Part shown: piece by piece, positions 28,722-40,635 of the stretch
Layout of the letters: the number at the start of each line of letters is the position of its first letter
Numbering within the stretch: position 1 is the first letter of the stretch
From: Parcubacteria bacterium RAAC4_OD1_1
GTDB taxonomy: Bacteria; Patescibacteriota; Minisyncoccia; Phycocordibacterales; UBA9973
Direction of reading: 5' to 3'
NCBI GenBank assembly: GCA_000505065.1
Contig: AWSN01000001.1
Span: 626,577 to 690,576, forward strand
DNA length: 64,000 bases
Position numbers and translations under genes: made by a program
Notes under the pieces: generated by a model
Database searches by the model: none
Seen by the model: only the letters and a program-made list of their open reading frames with translations
What the model was told of the DNA's origin: nothing

Positions 28722-29585
28722 ATGAAATCAAAAAAGAGATATTTAATTATATTTATTGTTTTGTTTTTATTTTTTATAATATTTTTCTTAATTTTTAAAA
28801 ATTATCACAAAGATGATTTATTAGAAATTACATTTATTGATGTTGGACAAGGGGACTCTATTTTAATAGAAACCCCAAATGGTAAACAAGTTCTAGTGGA
28901 TGGTGGAAGGGGAGAAGTTATTCTCTCAAAGCTTATAAAATTATTACCATTTTTTGATAAAAAGTTAGATATTATAATAAATACAAATGCTGACGAAGAT
29001 CATTTGGGTGGTTTTTTGAAAGTTCTTGATTATTATAAAGTACCTTTGGTTATAGAATCAGGGGTCGAAAATACCACTTTTACTTATAAAAATTTTCAAA
29101 AAGAGATTGAGGAAAAAAATATTAAAAAAATTATTGGGAAAAAGGGTGACCAAATAATTCTTGATGAAGAGAATAATATTTATTTAGATATACTTTTCCC
29201 AGATAGAGATGTGACTGGGTGGGAAAGGAATGATGCTTCATTGGTGATGAAGTTAGTTTATGGTAATACTTCTTTTCTTCTTATGGGTGATGCTACAAAG
29301 TATAGTGAAAATATAATTAGGTGGAATGAAAAAAAGAAATACTTGGATTCAGATGTTTTAAAGCTTGGACATCATGGGTCTGATACTTCATCGGGATATT
29401 ATTTTTTAGAATTGGTTGATCCAGATCTTGCCATAATATCTGCTGGGAAGGATAATAAGTATGGACATCCAGATAAAGAAGTATTAGATAATTTAGAAAA
29501 ATTAAATATTAAATATTTAGGGACTTACGAAGAAGGGGATATAGTGATTAAATCAGACGGAGAAAAAGTTATACATAAAAAATAA
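28722..29585 (+). CDS. ComEC-type metallo-beta-lactamase-fold protein (split C-terminal domain)
   Basis: FIDVGQGDS, DEDHLGG, LMGDA, LKLGHHGS, NKYGHP. Confidence 0.9.
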   Translation: MKSKKRYLIIFIVLFLFFIIFFLIFKNYHKDDLLEITFIDVGQGDSILIETPNGKQVLVDGGRGEVILSKLIKLLPFFDKKLDIIINTNADEDHLGGFLKVLDYYKVPLVIESGVENTTFTYKNFQKEIEEKNIKKIIGKKGDQIILDEENNIYLDILFPDRDVTGWERNDASLVMKLVYGNTSFLLMGDATKYSENIIRWNEKKKYLDSDVLKLGHHGSDTSSGYYFLELVDPDLAIISAGKDNKYGHPDKEVLDNLEKLNIKYLGTYEEGDIVIKSDGEKVIHKK

Positions 29586-29610
29586 AACTCTCACTTTTGT
29601 GAGAGTTTTA
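29583..29610. terminator. Bidirectional terminator
   Basis: TAAAACTCTCAC-TTTT-GTGAGAGTTTTA between convergent genes. Confidence 0.7.
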
Positions 29611-29853
29611 TTTGATGATTCCAGCTTTTTTAAGGACTGTGTATGCCCCGTATTTATTTATAGTTTTGATTGCTTGTGTGGAAAGTGTAAGAGGGAAGTA
29701 TTTCTTTAATTCCGGTACATAAATACGCTTCTTTTGAAGATTAGGGTATTTTCTTACTTTACCTGTTGGGTTGAATTTGGTAGCACGAACAACATTGGAG
29801 TATCCGCCACCTACAAGTGAACCCTTTTTTGTTATATCACATACTTTTGCCAT
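29608..29853 (-). CDS. rpmB: 50S ribosomal protein L28
   Basis: MAKVCDITKK...YPNLQKKR...LSTQAIKTI. Confidence 0.92.
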   Translation of the reverse strand: MAKVCDITKKGSLVGGGYSNVVRATKFNPTGKVRKYPNLQKKRIYVPELKKYFPLTLSTQAIKTINKYGAYTVLKKAGIIK

Positions 29854-29899
29854 ATATGCGACTTATGCTATCATATTAGATATATTTAATCAAGTTTAT

Positions 29900-30538
29900 A
29901 TGATAGATAGTATTTTTTATGTAATTATTTTAATAATGTCAGTGGTTGTTCACGAAGTAGCTCATGGTTATACAGCTTACTTGTTAGGGGATGATACTGC
30001 GAGGTTAAGTGGAAGACTCACTTTAAATCCAATACATCATTTGGATCTTTTTGGTTCCGTTATTCTCCCTCTTCTTCTTGTTCTTTCTCAGAGTGGTTTC
30101 GTTATTGGTTGGGCAAAGCCTGTACCTTATAATCCTGATAATATAAAGACTGGTAAAAATGGGATTACCTTGGTGGCTATATCTGGGATACTTGCAAATT
30201 TATTTCTTGTTTTGTTTTTTGGATTATTAATTAGATCTTTACCAATCTTAGGAGTATCGGTATTTGATCTTGATGGGAATTTAAATCCAATATATAAAAT
30301 TTCTACAATAATAGTTCTTGTAAATCTTGTACTCGCTATATTTAATCTAATCCCTATACCTCCACTTGATGGATCAAAAATTTTGTCATATTTTATACCA
30401 TTAAAGTATAGACACATTGAAAACTTTTTAGAAAAATTTGGATTTTTAATACTCATATTGTTTATAATTTTTGTGTGGAATCTCCTTACTCCAATCATTG
30501 GTTATATATTTACTTTTATTACAGGATTTGGCCTATAG
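29900..30538 (+). CDS. Site-2 protease (M50 family)
   Basis: HEVAH, GWAKPVP, FNLIPIPPLDG; start moved to ATG 29900. Confidence 0.93.
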   Translation: MIDSIFYVIILIMSVVVHEVAHGYTAYLLGDDTARLSGRLTLNPIHHLDLFGSVILPLLLVLSQSGFVIGWAKPVPYNPDNIKTGKNGITLVAISGILANLFLVLFFGLLIRSLPILGVSVFDLDGNLNPIYKISTIIVLVNLVLAIFNLIPIPPLDGSKILSYFIPLKYRHIENFLEKFGFLILILFIIFVWNLLTPIIGYIFTFITGFGL

Positions 30539-30652
30539 AATTATCCCCAGTTTTTTAATTTTTTGTTAGTATTTAAATGTATTTTTGAGTTATACTATAA
30601 AAGTATATTGTATTAGTTTAAAGTATAATGTTTGAAATAATTTATTTAATAA

Positions 30653-33529
30653 ATGTCACAATTCTTAAAAAAAATTTTAAAATCTTTACTCATAATTATA
30701 GCTTTTGGAAGTATTATTTATGTTTATGCATCTACCACAGATGGGATTATTAGTGATACAAATCACAATGCTCTTCTTTGTAGAGATGATGCTTGCTCTG
30801 TCACAACAGAGATAAATTTTAAGACTACAAATGGTTCACCTGTACACGTCACAGATGATGGACTTACAGGGCACATATGGTCTGAAACTTTTGGTTGGGT
30901 AAATCTAAATCCTACAAATGCTGGAGTAGAAAATGATGGAGAAGGTAATTTGTCTGGATATGCATGGGGAGAAAATTCTGGTTGGATAAATTTTAGTCCT
31001 ACAAATGGAGGTGTCACTATTGGTGTAGATGGTAAATTTTTGGGATATGCATGGGCACAGAATTATGGTTGGATAAATTTTGATTGTAATATCACAAATG
31101 CTTGCGTAGAGACAGATTGGAGACCAGAGAGCGAAAGATCTACTGGTGGTTCCTCTGGATCTACTACTGGTCCATCAGATGAGACACCAACAGATAATGA
31201 TGTCGAACTAGACATTGATGCTTGTCCAAATATAGATGGTAAGCAAATAATCATACCAGAAGGTTTGGTTATAGGAAAAGATGGTAATTGTATTGAGCCT
31301 TTACAATGTAATGAAATAGATGGTGATTTGAAACAATCTTTAGATGTTGTTATTGTTCTTGATAAATCAAGTAGTATGGAAGATAACAACAAAATGTTAG
31401 ATGCCAAGCTTGCAGCAAATACATTTATCAATAATTTGGTCCCTGGGTCAGATAGGGTATCGTACGTATCTTTCTCAAATGAAGCCACTCTGGCATCTTC
31501 TTTGTCTACTAGTTTTAATACAACAAAATCAAGAATAAATAATACAACTACAGGTGGAACTACAAATATTGGTGGAGCTATCGATAAAGCGTATGAAGAG
31601 CTTAAAGAAAACTCAAGAAGTAGTGTAAAAAAAGTTATAATCCTTCTTACTGATGGTAAAGCAAATATCTCAAATTCACCACTTATATCTCCTAACAACT
31701 ATTCTTTTTCAGAAGCTTATGAAGCAAAAGCAGATGGGGTGATGATCTATACAATTGGTTTAGGTGGAGATGTAGATTCTAATTTCTTAAAAAGTTTAGG
31801 AACAGATATAAATTATTATTATCAATCTCCAACTGGCGAAGAGCTCACAAGTATATATTTAAATATTGCTGCAATAGAATGTACTTCTAAACCATCTAAT
31901 ATTTTAGATTATGTATTTTTAGATTCAAATAATAATGGAGTAAGAGATAATTCTGATACACCACTAGAAGATGCCACCCTTGTACTTTCTGCGGTGGATG
32001 GTGATATGCCTACAAGAATAGAAGAGACTAACAATGATGGCAAATTTAAATTTGAAAATGTTGTAGAAGGTAAATACCTTTTATGTCTTCAAAGAGAAAA
32101 TAATCAATATCAAGTAAATCCACCAGATAATGGTTGTTATAAGATTGATGTTATTCAAGGAATAGATGTTTTAGGTACATATTTCTTAGTGTCAGGCGAC
32201 ACATTACCCATCCCACCAGTAGACGAAGAAGAGGAAACTCTTATAGATGAAATAATAGATATTATAGATAATATTGTCCCAGATCTGGGAGATGAAGTAA
32301 ATGATAACCCTATTTTAGATGAAGAAGTTATCACTGATACAGAAGATTCCCTGATTGAAGAGACCATAAATATTATAATTGAAGATGTTGTTACCATTGT
32401 AGAAGACATAAAAGATTTCTTTGAAGATATTTTTGATAATAAAAATGGAGATGGAAAAATATTTGCTATTACTCAAGTAGATGTGGAAAATATTATTAAT
32501 TTATTAAAAAATCAGATTAAAGGCATAGAATCCGTCACAAACATACTTTCTGATATTTCAGATTTTATACAAACAGAGACAGGGAAAATAAGCACTAATA
32601 TTGTGACAACTATAGGTATTGTGACGGGTGCATATATAAGTATTGCTACATCTTTATTTGCTAATCCTATAAATATAAAAGAGCTTCTTCTTATACCTTA
32701 TCGTCTCTGGGCACTACTCCTTGCCTTTTTTGGTATTAAAAAGAGAAATGCTCCGTGGGGAACAGTCTATGATTCTATAACCAAGCAACCTCTTGATCCT
32801 GCGTATGTTGTGCTTCAGGATTTGTCTGGTAATGAGGTTTCGACTTGTATTACAGATTTAGATGGGCGTTATGGATTCTTGGTTCCACCAGGTAAATACA
32901 AGATGGTAGCCAATAAAACAAATTATGAATTTTCATCTAAGAAACTTTTTGGAAGATCTCAAGATGAACTTTACCAAGAACTTTATTTCGGTGAAGAATT
33001 TGAGGTCAAAGAAGGAGAGGTTATATCTAAAAATATTCCTCTTGATCCTATTAAATTTGATTGGAATGAATTTGCAAAGAAAGAAAAGAAACTAATGAAA
33101 TTCTTTTCAAAGCGTGATCTTTGGGTTGCTAGGATTTCAGACATATTGTTTGTTATTGGTTTTATTATTACAGTTGTTGCTTTGTTCATCACTCCAAACA
33201 CTTACAATATAATTATATTTATTTTCTATATTATTATGTTTTTGTTTAAGAGGACTATATTAAAACCAAGACCTTATGGAAATATAAAAAATAAAGACAC
33301 AGAAGATCCACTATCTTTTGCTATTATAAGAGTATTTTATGCAGGAAGTGAAAGGGAGATAATTCACAAGGTGACAGATATGACAGGTAAATATTATTGT
33401 CTTATCCCAAATGGTAGTTATTATGTAAAAATTGAAAACAAGAATGAGGATGAGACATACACTCTTATCCACACATCAGAGGCTATGGAAATAGATAAAG
33501 GTTTTATTAATAAGAAGTTTAGAGTGTAA
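30653..33529 (+). CDS. Secreted/membrane vWA-domain adhesin with SdrD-B-like and carboxypeptidase-regulatory-like domains
   Basis: GYAW..N.GWINF repeats; MIDAS DKSSS, ILLTDG, IYTIGLG; WGTVYDS..KQPLDP; two TM regions. Confidence 0.8.
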   Translation: MSQFLKKILKSLLIIIAFGSIIYVYASTTDGIISDTNHNALLCRDDACSVTTEINFKTTNGSPVHVTDDGLTGHIWSETFGWVNLNPTNAGVENDGEGNLSGYAWGENSGWINFSPTNGGVTIGVDGKFLGYAWAQNYGWINFDCNITNACVETDWRPESERSTGGSSGSTTGPSDETPTDNDVELDIDACPNIDGKQIIIPEGLVIGKDGNCIEPLQCNEIDGDLKQSLDVVIVLDKSSSMEDNNKMLDAKLAANTFINNLVPGSDRVSYVSFSNEATLASSLSTSFNTTKSRINNTTTGGTTNIGGAIDKAYEELKENSRSSVKKVIILLTDGKANISNSPLISPNNYSFSEAYEAKADGVMIYTIGLGGDVDSNFLKSLGTDINYYYQSPTGEELTSIYLNIAAIECTSKPSNILDYVFLDSNNNGVRDNSDTPLEDATLVLSAVDGDMPTRIEETNNDGKFKFENVVEGKYLLCLQRENNQYQVNPPDNGCYKIDVIQGIDVLGTYFLVSGDTLPIPPVDEEEETLIDEIIDIIDNIVPDLGDEVNDNPILDEEVITDTEDSLIEETINIIIEDVVTIVEDIKDFFEDIFDNKNGDGKIFAITQVDVENIINLLKNQIKGIESVTNILSDISDFIQTETGKISTNIVTTIGIVTGAYISIATSLFANPINIKELLLIPYRLWALLLAFFGIKKRNAPWGTVYDSITKQPLDPAYVVLQDLSGNEVSTCITDLDGRYGFLVPPGKYKMVANKTNYEFSSKKLFGRSQDELYQELYFGEEFEVKEGEVISKNIPLDPIKFDWNEFAKKEKKLMKFFSKRDLWVARISDILFVIGFIITVVALFITPNTYNIIIFIFYIIMFLFKRTILKPRPYGNIKNKDTEDPLSFAIIRVFYAGSEREIIHKVTDMTGKYYCLIPNGSYYVKIENKNEDETYTLIHTSEAMEIDKGFINKKFRV

Positions 33530-33545
33530 ATTAAATAAGGGCTTG

Positions 33546-33672
33546 CCCCCACACCTATATTTTTATTAATCCAATTATTTTATTTTAAAATAACAATAAA
33601 ATTAAAATAAACTAACTTTTTTTAGAATAAAAATGTTTGTTTATTAAAACAATAAAAATATGGGTGTGGGGG
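33546..33672. mobile_element. MITE with CCCCCACACC termini and CTTG target duplication
   Basis: CTTG-CCCCCACACCTATATTTTTATT...AATAAAAATATGGGTGTGGGGG-CTTG. Confidence 0.8.
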
Positions 33673-33673
33673 C

Positions 33674-33702
33674 TTGCTTTTTTATGTATATTATAGTAAA
33701 GT
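33674..33702 (+). promoter_or_regulatory. Putative sigma70 promoter of rpsL
   Basis: TTGCTT-17 nt-TAAAGT. Confidence 0.45.
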
Positions 33703-33741
33703 AGTCTCACTAGTCATTATTTGACTAATTTATTTTATATT

Positions 33742-34167
33742 ATGCCTACAATCAATCAATTAGTTCGCAAGAACAGAAAATCTATAATAAAGAAATCAAA
33801 AGCGGTAGCATTAGCCCGTGGTTTTAATACTATTAAGAACAAGCCTGTGTATTATCCTGCACCATTTAAGCGTGGAGTATGTACAAAGGTTTCCACCACA
33901 ACTCCAAAGAAGCCAAACTCAGCTTTGCGTAAAATTGCTCGTGTTAGACTTACTAATGGTATGGAAGTCACTGCTTATATTCCAGGAGAAGGGCATAACC
34001 TTCAAGAACACTCAGTTGTTATGATTCGTGGTGGCCGTGTTAAAGACTTAATCGGAGTAAGATACCATATAGTTCGTGGAAGATTAGATACTACCGGAGT
34101 CGAGAAGCGTCGCCAAGCAAGAAGTAGATATGGTGCCAAGATGCCAAAAGCTGCTGCAAAGAAATAA
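33742..34167 (+). CDS. rpsL: 30S ribosomal protein S12
   Basis: [26 protein letters not shown]. Confidence 0.98.
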   Translation: MPTINQLVRKNRKSIIKKSKAVALARGFNTIKNKPVYYPAPFKRGVCTKVSTTTPKKPNSALRKIARVRLTNGMEVTAYIPGEGHNLQEHSVVMIRGGRVKDLIGVRYHIVRGRLDTTGVEKRRQARSRYGAKMPKAAAKK

Positions 34168-34187
34168 TTATAAATAAAAATTAAAAT

Positions 34188-34658
34188 ATGAGAAGAAAAG
34201 TAAAAAATCGAAATATAGTAGAACCGGACATAATGTATAATTCTTTGAAACTTTCAAAGTTTATAAATAACATTATGCTTCATGGAAAGAAGGAGACTGC
34301 TCGTAAGTCAGTTTATAAAGCTTTTGAGATAATTAAAGAAAAAACTGGTAATCCAAATCCTCTTGAAATATTTGATACTGCTATAAAGAATGCTGGTCCA
34401 CTTGTAGAAGTTCGTTCTCGCCGTATTGGTGGAGCAAACTACCAAGTTCCAAGAGAAGTTCGCCCAGAAAGAAGAGTAGCTCTTGCAATGCGTTGGATCA
34501 TAGATGCAGCACGAGGAAAGAAAGGAGCTCCTATTCATGAGAAACTCGCCGAAGAATTAATCCTTGCTTCTAAAAATGAAGGAATCGCAATTAAGAAACG
34601 TGACGATACTCACAAGATGGCAGAGTCTAACAAAGCATTTGCTCACTTTGCTTGGTAG
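34188..34658 (+). CDS. rpsG: 30S ribosomal protein S7
   Basis: RRIGGANYQVP, HKMAESNKAFAH. Confidence 0.98.
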   Translation: MRRKVKNRNIVEPDIMYNSLKLSKFINNIMLHGKKETARKSVYKAFEIIKEKTGNPNPLEIFDTAIKNAGPLVEVRSRRIGGANYQVPREVRPERRVALAMRWIIDAARGKKGAPIHEKLAEELILASKNEGIAIKKRDDTHKMAESNKAFAHFAW

Positions 34659-34673
34659 TTTAAAAGAATTCTT

Positions 34674-34696
34674 AAAATCCCCGAAAGGGGATTTTT
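34674..34696 (+). terminator. Intrinsic terminator between rpsG and fusA
   Basis: AAAATCCCC-GAAA-GGGGATTTTT. Confidence 0.7.
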
Positions 34697-34860
34697 GATT
34701 GCAAAAAAGAGTGATTTGTTGTATATTGGAAGCATTAAAAACCTTTTAAGGTTTTATTTTTGACTGATTTCTGACTTCTAGCAGTTAGTCTTCAGTATTA
34801 TTTTAATTTTAATTAAAGACTAGAAGCTAGAAACTAGTCACTTATAAATATCATAAATTT

Positions 34861-37002
34861 ATGGAAAGAGACTACCCATTAGAAAAAGTTAGAAATTTTG
34901 GAATCATTGCGCACATTGATGCTGGTAAAACTACCACCTCAGAGCGTGTTTTATATTATACAGGAATGTCACATAAGATAGGTGAAGTTCATGACGGAGA
35001 AGCAACTACTGACTGGATGGAGCAAGAACGTGAAAGAGGTATTACTATCACTTCGGCTGCTGTCACTTGTTTTTGGACACCCACATATGCTGGTGGAGAT
35101 AAAAATAAAAAACATCGTTTCAATATTATCGATACTCCAGGGCACATAGATTTTACTGTTGAGGTGAAGCGTTCTCTTCGTGTACTTGATGGAGCGGTTG
35201 TTGTTTTTGATGGTGTTGCTGGGGTAGAGCCACAATCAGAAACAAACTGGCGTTATGCCGATGAAGCTATGGTTCCTAGAATTTGTTTTGTAAACAAACT
35301 TGATCGTACAGGAGCTTCATTTGAACATTCCTATAAAACTATCTTAGATAGATTAAGTAAAAATGCAGTTAGAATGCAAATTCCTGTTGGACTTGAAGAT
35401 AAACATGAAGGAGTAGTGGATCTTCTAAAAATGAAGGCTTATTATTTTGATGGAGCTATGGGGGACAATGTTATCGAAAAAGATATTCCAGAAGAATTGA
35501 AAGCTGATGCAGAGAAGTACCATTCCGAACTTATAGAAAAGATAGTAGAACAAGATGATGTATTAATGTCTGAATATTTAGATGGTAAAGTACCTTCTCT
35601 AGAAGTGCTTAAATCTACAATGAGAAAAGCAGTTATTGCAAACAAAATTTTTCCAGTATTTGCTGGTTCTGCTTTGAAAAATAAAGGAGTTCAGCTTGTG
35701 CTCGATGCTGTTATAGATTATCTTCCTTCACCAACAGATATCCCTGCTATTGAAGGAGTAAATCCAGATACAGAAGAAAAAGATGTTCGTCACGCAAGTG
35801 ATGCAGAGCCATTTTCAGCTCTTGCTTTTAAAGTAGCTACAGATCCATTCGTTGGGCAAATTATTTTCTTCCGTGTTTATTCAGGATCACTTTCTGCAGG
35901 AAGTTATATTTACAATCCTCGTACAAGGAACAAAGAGCGTATTGGTAGAATTTTAAGAATGCATGCCAACGATCGTGAAGAAGTAAAGAAAGTTTTCGCT
36001 GGGGAGATTGCAGCTGCGGTTGGTCTTAAGGATACTATTACTTCAGATACTCTTTGTGATGAAGAGCGCCCAATTGAACTTTATAGAATTATTTTCCCAG
36101 AGCCAGTTATTCAACTTCGTGTAGAACCAAAGACAAAAGCTGACCAAGAGAAAATGGGTATGGCATTAAACAGACTTGCTCAAGAAGATCCAACATTTCG
36201 TGTGACAACAGATGCAGAAACAAATGAGACTATCATAGCAGGTATGGGAGAGCTTCATCTTGAGATTATCGTTGATCGTATGAAGAGAGAATTCTCTGTG
36301 GAGACAAATGTAGGTAAACCACAAGTGGCCTATAGAGAAACTATTACTGGTACTTCTGAAATGGAAGGTAAGTATATCAAGCAGTCAGGAGGTCGTGGTA
36401 ACTACGGACACGTGAAGATCAAGATCAAGCCTATGGATATGAATGTAGATATAAATGATCTTCCAAAAAATGTAAAAAGAGAAAAAGATTTCGAATTTGT
36501 AAATAGTATAAAAGGAGGTGCTATTCCCCAAGAATATATTCCTGCTTGTGAAAAAGGATTTAAGGAAGGTTTGGATAGGGGGGTACTTGCAGGTTTCAAA
36601 CTTGTAAATGTTTCTGTTGATTTATATGATGGAAGTTTCCACGAAGTGGACTCAAACGAAATGGCCTTCAAGATTGCTGCTTCTATGGCAGTTCAAGATG
36701 CATGTAAAGTTGCAAAGCCTGTTATCCTTGAGCCTATGATGAAGGTTGAAGTTGTCACTCCAGATAAGTTTATGGGAGATGTGACAGGGTCACTTTCAGG
36801 AAAGCGTGGACTTATCGAAGGAATGGAAGCTCGTGGTATGAATCAAGTTGTGAAAGCAGTTGTGCCACTTTCTGAAATGTTTGGATATATGACATCACTT
36901 CGTTCTATGACCGAAGGTCGTGCAGGATTCACAATGGAATTTTTACGTTATGACATCGTTCCAAACAGTGTAGCGACATCTATTATAGAGAGTAGGAAAT
37001 AA
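34861..37002 (+). CDS. fusA: Elongation factor G
   Basis: [26 protein letters not shown]. Confidence 0.98.
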   Translation: MERDYPLEKVRNFGIIAHIDAGKTTTSERVLYYTGMSHKIGEVHDGEATTDWMEQERERGITITSAAVTCFWTPTYAGGDKNKKHRFNIIDTPGHIDFTVEVKRSLRVLDGAVVVFDGVAGVEPQSETNWRYADEAMVPRICFVNKLDRTGASFEHSYKTILDRLSKNAVRMQIPVGLEDKHEGVVDLLKMKAYYFDGAMGDNVIEKDIPEELKADAEKYHSELIEKIVEQDDVLMSEYLDGKVPSLEVLKSTMRKAVIANKIFPVFAGSALKNKGVQLVLDAVIDYLPSPTDIPAIEGVNPDTEEKDVRHASDAEPFSALAFKVATDPFVGQIIFFRVYSGSLSAGSYIYNPRTRNKERIGRILRMHANDREEVKKVFAGEIAAAVGLKDTITSDTLCDEERPIELYRIIFPEPVIQLRVEPKTKADQEKMGMALNRLAQEDPTFRVTTDAETNETIIAGMGELHLEIIVDRMKREFSVETNVGKPQVAYRETITGTSEMEGKYIKQSGGRGNYGHVKIKIKPMDMNVDINDLPKNVKREKDFEFVNSIKGGAIPQEYIPACEKGFKEGLDRGVLAGFKLVNVSVDLYDGSFHEVDSNEMAFKIAASMAVQDACKVAKPVILEPMMKVEVVTPDKFMGDVTGSLSGKRGLIEGMEARGMNQVVKAVVPLSEMFGYMTSLRSMTEGRAGFTMEFLRYDIVPNSVATSIIESRK

Positions 37003-37140
37003 AAGTAGATAGTAAATATTAGATAAAAAACAAATAGATATAATAAAGCTCCATCCTCTGATTTAGGTCGAAGGATGGGGTTTTAGTTTTCCACAAATTA
37101 TTACTATTTTTAGATTTTTTATAGTATAATCTATTTATAG

Positions 37141-40020
37141 ATGTCTAAAACAATTTCTAAGAAAAATAAATTATTAAAATTTATAGGAGTATCACTTATG
37201 ATTCTTCTCTTTGGTTCTTATATTTCTATTGGAGCTACTGACAGGGTCAATCCATATCAAGCAGGGGAGACATTGGACCCATTAGATTGTTTTCCTACAG
37301 AAGTAAATTGTATTGTAGATCTAACTTTTACAGAAACAGATCCCATTGTTGGAGCATTAAATGGTTTAATTAAATCAAACGGAACAGGCACCATTAGTTC
37401 TGTTGTTTCAGGGACAGATATAAAGACGATAAATGGAAGTTCATTACTTGGGAGTGGGGATATAGCTACATCTTCATATACATTTGGAAATGGATTAACT
37501 GAAACAGGAGGAGTTGTTAAACTAGGAGGAGATTTAGATGTAGGTATAACAGTTTTGGGAGGGTATCCTAATGTTGAAATTGGCCTTGAAAATGAAGCTG
37601 ATTATGCAAATGTTTATTTTGATGCAGGTCCCTTAGGGAATAGGTCATATTTATATTTAGAGGGATCAGATACTTCGGCATATTCTTCATTATCTACAAG
37701 AGGTAATAATAGTTCTGCATTTTATTCTTCTTTAGATTTAGAAGCACAAGAATGGACCCCAGGAACAACTAAACAAACTTTTGATTTATATGCACAAAAC
37801 AACACCTCAGGGTTTAATAGAGTGGATATATATGGCTCAGCTCAAACAACAGGTGGGGTAGATAGTAGGTTATTAAAATTTGAAATTAAATCATTAGCGA
37901 ATACTTTAACTATAACTGTTCCAGACGTAAGTGTTGTTTCTGGAAGTAAATATTTACCACTTTCTGTAAATGGTAACTATGCAGATGCAACAGGAAATAT
38001 AACAGTTACTGGTGGAGCCACGAGCATTGATGGATTGAGTGATGGTATTAATGATTTATCAAATATTTATTTAGGTACAAATTCTGGAACTCTTGATGAT
38101 GGGGGAGATAATCAAAACGTTGCAGTTGGTAATGGTGCCCTACAAGCAAATACTTCTGGTGGTTGGAATGTTGCTGTAGGCTATCAAGCTCTTAAGGTAA
38201 ATGTTGGGGGTTGGCAAAATGTAGCTATTGGACATTCTGCACTAGATGCAAGCGTTAGTGCTGATTTTAATATTGCAATAGGTAATTATGCTTTAACTTC
38301 AACTACTACAGGAGAAGACAATACATCGGTTGGTTATAATTCTATGTCTGCTAACACTACGGGTCAATTCAATACTGCTAATGGTTCAGGAGCTTTGATA
38401 TCAAATACTACTGGAAATTACAATACTTCTTTAGGCTATAGATCTTTATTAAATAATACAACTGGAGCAAACAATGTAGCAATCGGAAGTAATTCTCTTT
38501 CTAGTAACAGAACTGGAAGTAAGGGTATAGCAATAGGTTCTGATGCTATGTTTTATGCAAACAGTACATTAACTGCTTGGACAAATGCAAATATTGCTAT
38601 TGGTTATCAATCTATGCGTGGTTCAACAACTGCAGCAAATAATACAGGTAATAATAATACTGCCTTAGGTTATCAATCATTGTATTCATATACTTCAGGT
38701 GGGGATAATGCTGCATTAGGATATTTATCTTTATATTCAAATACAACAGGAACCGGAAATGTTTCAATTGGTTCATATACGGCATATACTAATTCAACAG
38801 GTATTAATAATACTGCACTAGGTTCACAAGCTTTATATATGAATACCAGTGGTGGTTATAACACAGCTACAGGGTATGCAACTCTTTCTTCTAATACTAC
38901 GGGAAGTAGAAATACGGCTGATGGTTTTCAAGCTCTTCGTTTTAACACAACAGGTACTTACAATACAGCATTAGGATATGAAGCAGGGAATTATATTTCA
39001 GGAGGGGTGACTCAAAATTTAACATCCGATTATTCAATCTATATTGGAACTAGTTCAAAAGCTTTAGCTGATGATGGTCAAAACGAAATTGTCATCGGCT
39101 ACAACGCAATCGGCCGAGGTAGCAACACTGCTCAGTGGGGAAATACATCTATGACCAATCACTACTTCTCAGGTAATATACAATTTAGTAGTTACGGAGC
39201 AGGTAGTTTAACCACAGATGCAAGTGGGAACATCACAGCTTCATCTGATGAAAATCTAAAGAATATACAAGGAGACTTCAATAACAACAATACCGCTCTA
39301 GAAATAATCAAATTAATCAATCCAATACTCTATACATGGAAAGATGAAACCGGATTCGATACAGAAACAATCTATGCAGGATTTAGTGCTCAAAATATAC
39401 AATTAGTAATACCTGAAGCAGTAGGTATTGATCCAAAAGGTTATCTCACTTTATCTGATCGTCCTATACTTGCTACTGTTATTAATGCTATCCAAGAGCT
39501 TGATTTAAAAGTAGAAGAAATGAGAGTAATATCTTCTGTTAATTTGAGTGAAATATTATCTCAGTTTGGAGATAGTGTATTATTAAAAATTGAAAATGGA
39601 ATTGCTTATTTGAAAGATGTTGCAGTTGAAACTTTGAGAGTAGGAAGTAGAGAAAGAAGGACTGGTATCATTTTATATGATGAAGAAACTGGGGATCCAT
39701 ATTGTCTATCTATTGCAAACGGAGAGCAGAAAATAGTAGCGGGTGAGTGTTCTATTTTTGAAGATGAAGTTTTTGAAGAAACTGTAGAAATAAAAACAAA
39801 TCCAACCCCAACCCCAACCCCAACCCCAACCCCAACTTCACCAGCACCAGAAATACCTAATTTAGAAACATCACCAGAGCCTACACCAACACCAACACCA
39901 ACACCTACACCTACACCAACACCAACACCCGAACCCGAACCAACGCCAGAACCAACACCAACACCAACACCAACACCAGAAGTAGTTTTACCACAAGATT
40001 TGAATGAACCACAAATATAA
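37141..40020 (+). CDS. Secreted fibre-like adhesin: 14-residue repeats + peptidase S74 chaperone domain + Pro-Thr stalk
   Basis: N.A.G..AL..NTTG repeats; [18 protein letters not shown]...PEAV; (PT)n tail. Confidence 0.8.
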   Translation: MSKTISKKNKLLKFIGVSLMILLFGSYISIGATDRVNPYQAGETLDPLDCFPTEVNCIVDLTFTETDPIVGALNGLIKSNGTGTISSVVSGTDIKTINGSSLLGSGDIATSSYTFGNGLTETGGVVKLGGDLDVGITVLGGYPNVEIGLENEADYANVYFDAGPLGNRSYLYLEGSDTSAYSSLSTRGNNSSAFYSSLDLEAQEWTPGTTKQTFDLYAQNNTSGFNRVDIYGSAQTTGGVDSRLLKFEIKSLANTLTITVPDVSVVSGSKYLPLSVNGNYADATGNITVTGGATSIDGLSDGINDLSNIYLGTNSGTLDDGGDNQNVAVGNGALQANTSGGWNVAVGYQALKVNVGGWQNVAIGHSALDASVSADFNIAIGNYALTSTTTGEDNTSVGYNSMSANTTGQFNTANGSGALISNTTGNYNTSLGYRSLLNNTTGANNVAIGSNSLSSNRTGSKGIAIGSDAMFYANSTLTAWTNANIAIGYQSMRGSTTAANNTGNNNTALGYQSLYSYTSGGDNAALGYLSLYSNTTGTGNVSIGSYTAYTNSTGINNTALGSQALYMNTSGGYNTATGYATLSSNTTGSRNTADGFQALRFNTTGTYNTALGYEAGNYISGGVTQNLTSDYSIYIGTSSKALADDGQNEIVIGYNAIGRGSNTAQWGNTSMTNHYFSGNIQFSSYGAGSLTTDASGNITASSDENLKNIQGDFNNNNTALEIIKLINPILYTWKDETGFDTETIYAGFSAQNIQLVIPEAVGIDPKGYLTLSDRPILATVINAIQELDLKVEEMRVISSVNLSEILSQFGDSVLLKIENGIAYLKDVAVETLRVGSRERRTGIILYDEETGDPYCLSIANGEQKIVAGECSIFEDEVFEETVEIKTNPTPTPTPTPTPTSPAPEIPNLETSPEPTPTPTPTPTPTPTPTPEPEPTPEPTPTPTPTPEVVLPQDLNEPQI
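39802..39980 (+). repeat. Pro-Thr coding tandem repeat
   Basis: CCAACC/CCAACA hexamer arrays. Confidence 0.9.
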
Positions 40021-40116
40021 ATTAAAATTTAAAGCCCCGGCCTTCGGCCGGGGCTACTTTTTTAAAACTATAAAAAATGCTACAATAAAAATATATTAGT
40101 TAATTTTTTCCTAAAT

Positions 40117-40629
40117 ATGCAAAATCAAAAAGGAAATATAGGGATTGTGATTTTTTCTATTATAATCGTTGGTTTTATATTTTTTCTTACTTTTTCTTTA
40201 ATAAAGAATTTAAATAGTAAAAATATTTCTACTTTAAATACTCAAATAAAAAATCAAGAAACAGAAAATACGATCAAACAGGAAGATTCTACAATCTCTT
40301 CAAATAAAATGGAAGATACAAACAATATTGAAAAAGTTTCTAAGGTTGGAGATACATTAATTATGAATTACACAGGTCGACTTACAGATGGTACAGTTTT
40401 TGATTCCAATGTTGATCCTAAATTTAATCATGTTACACCTTTTGAATTTACTTTAGGTGCAGGTCAGGTTATAAAAGGTTGGGATGAAGGGTTGATTGGG
40501 GTGAAGGTTGGAGAAAAGAAAACTTTAACAATTTCTTCAGATAAAGCTTATGGCGATCGTGGTATTCCTGGTGTTATTCCGGGTGGCGCTACTCTTGTGT
40601 TTGATGTTGAATTGATTGGAATTAAATAA
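40117..40629 (+). CDS. FKBP-type peptidyl-prolyl isomerase, membrane-anchored
   Basis: YTGRLTDGTVFDS, VIKGWDEG, AYG, TLVFDVEL. Confidence 0.95.
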   Translation: MQNQKGNIGIVIFSIIIVGFIFFLTFSLIKNLNSKNISTLNTQIKNQETENTIKQEDSTISSNKMEDTNNIEKVSKVGDTLIMNYTGRLTDGTVFDSNVDPKFNHVTPFEFTLGAGQVIKGWDEGLIGVKVGEKKTLTISSDKAYGDRGIPGVIPGGATLVFDVELIGIK

Positions 40630-40635
40630 TAATTT

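Noticed and set aside
37141-40020. Prophage, suggested by the tail-fibre chaperone domain
   Set aside because: No integrase, terminase, capsid or other phage genes; the protein has a signal-like N-terminus
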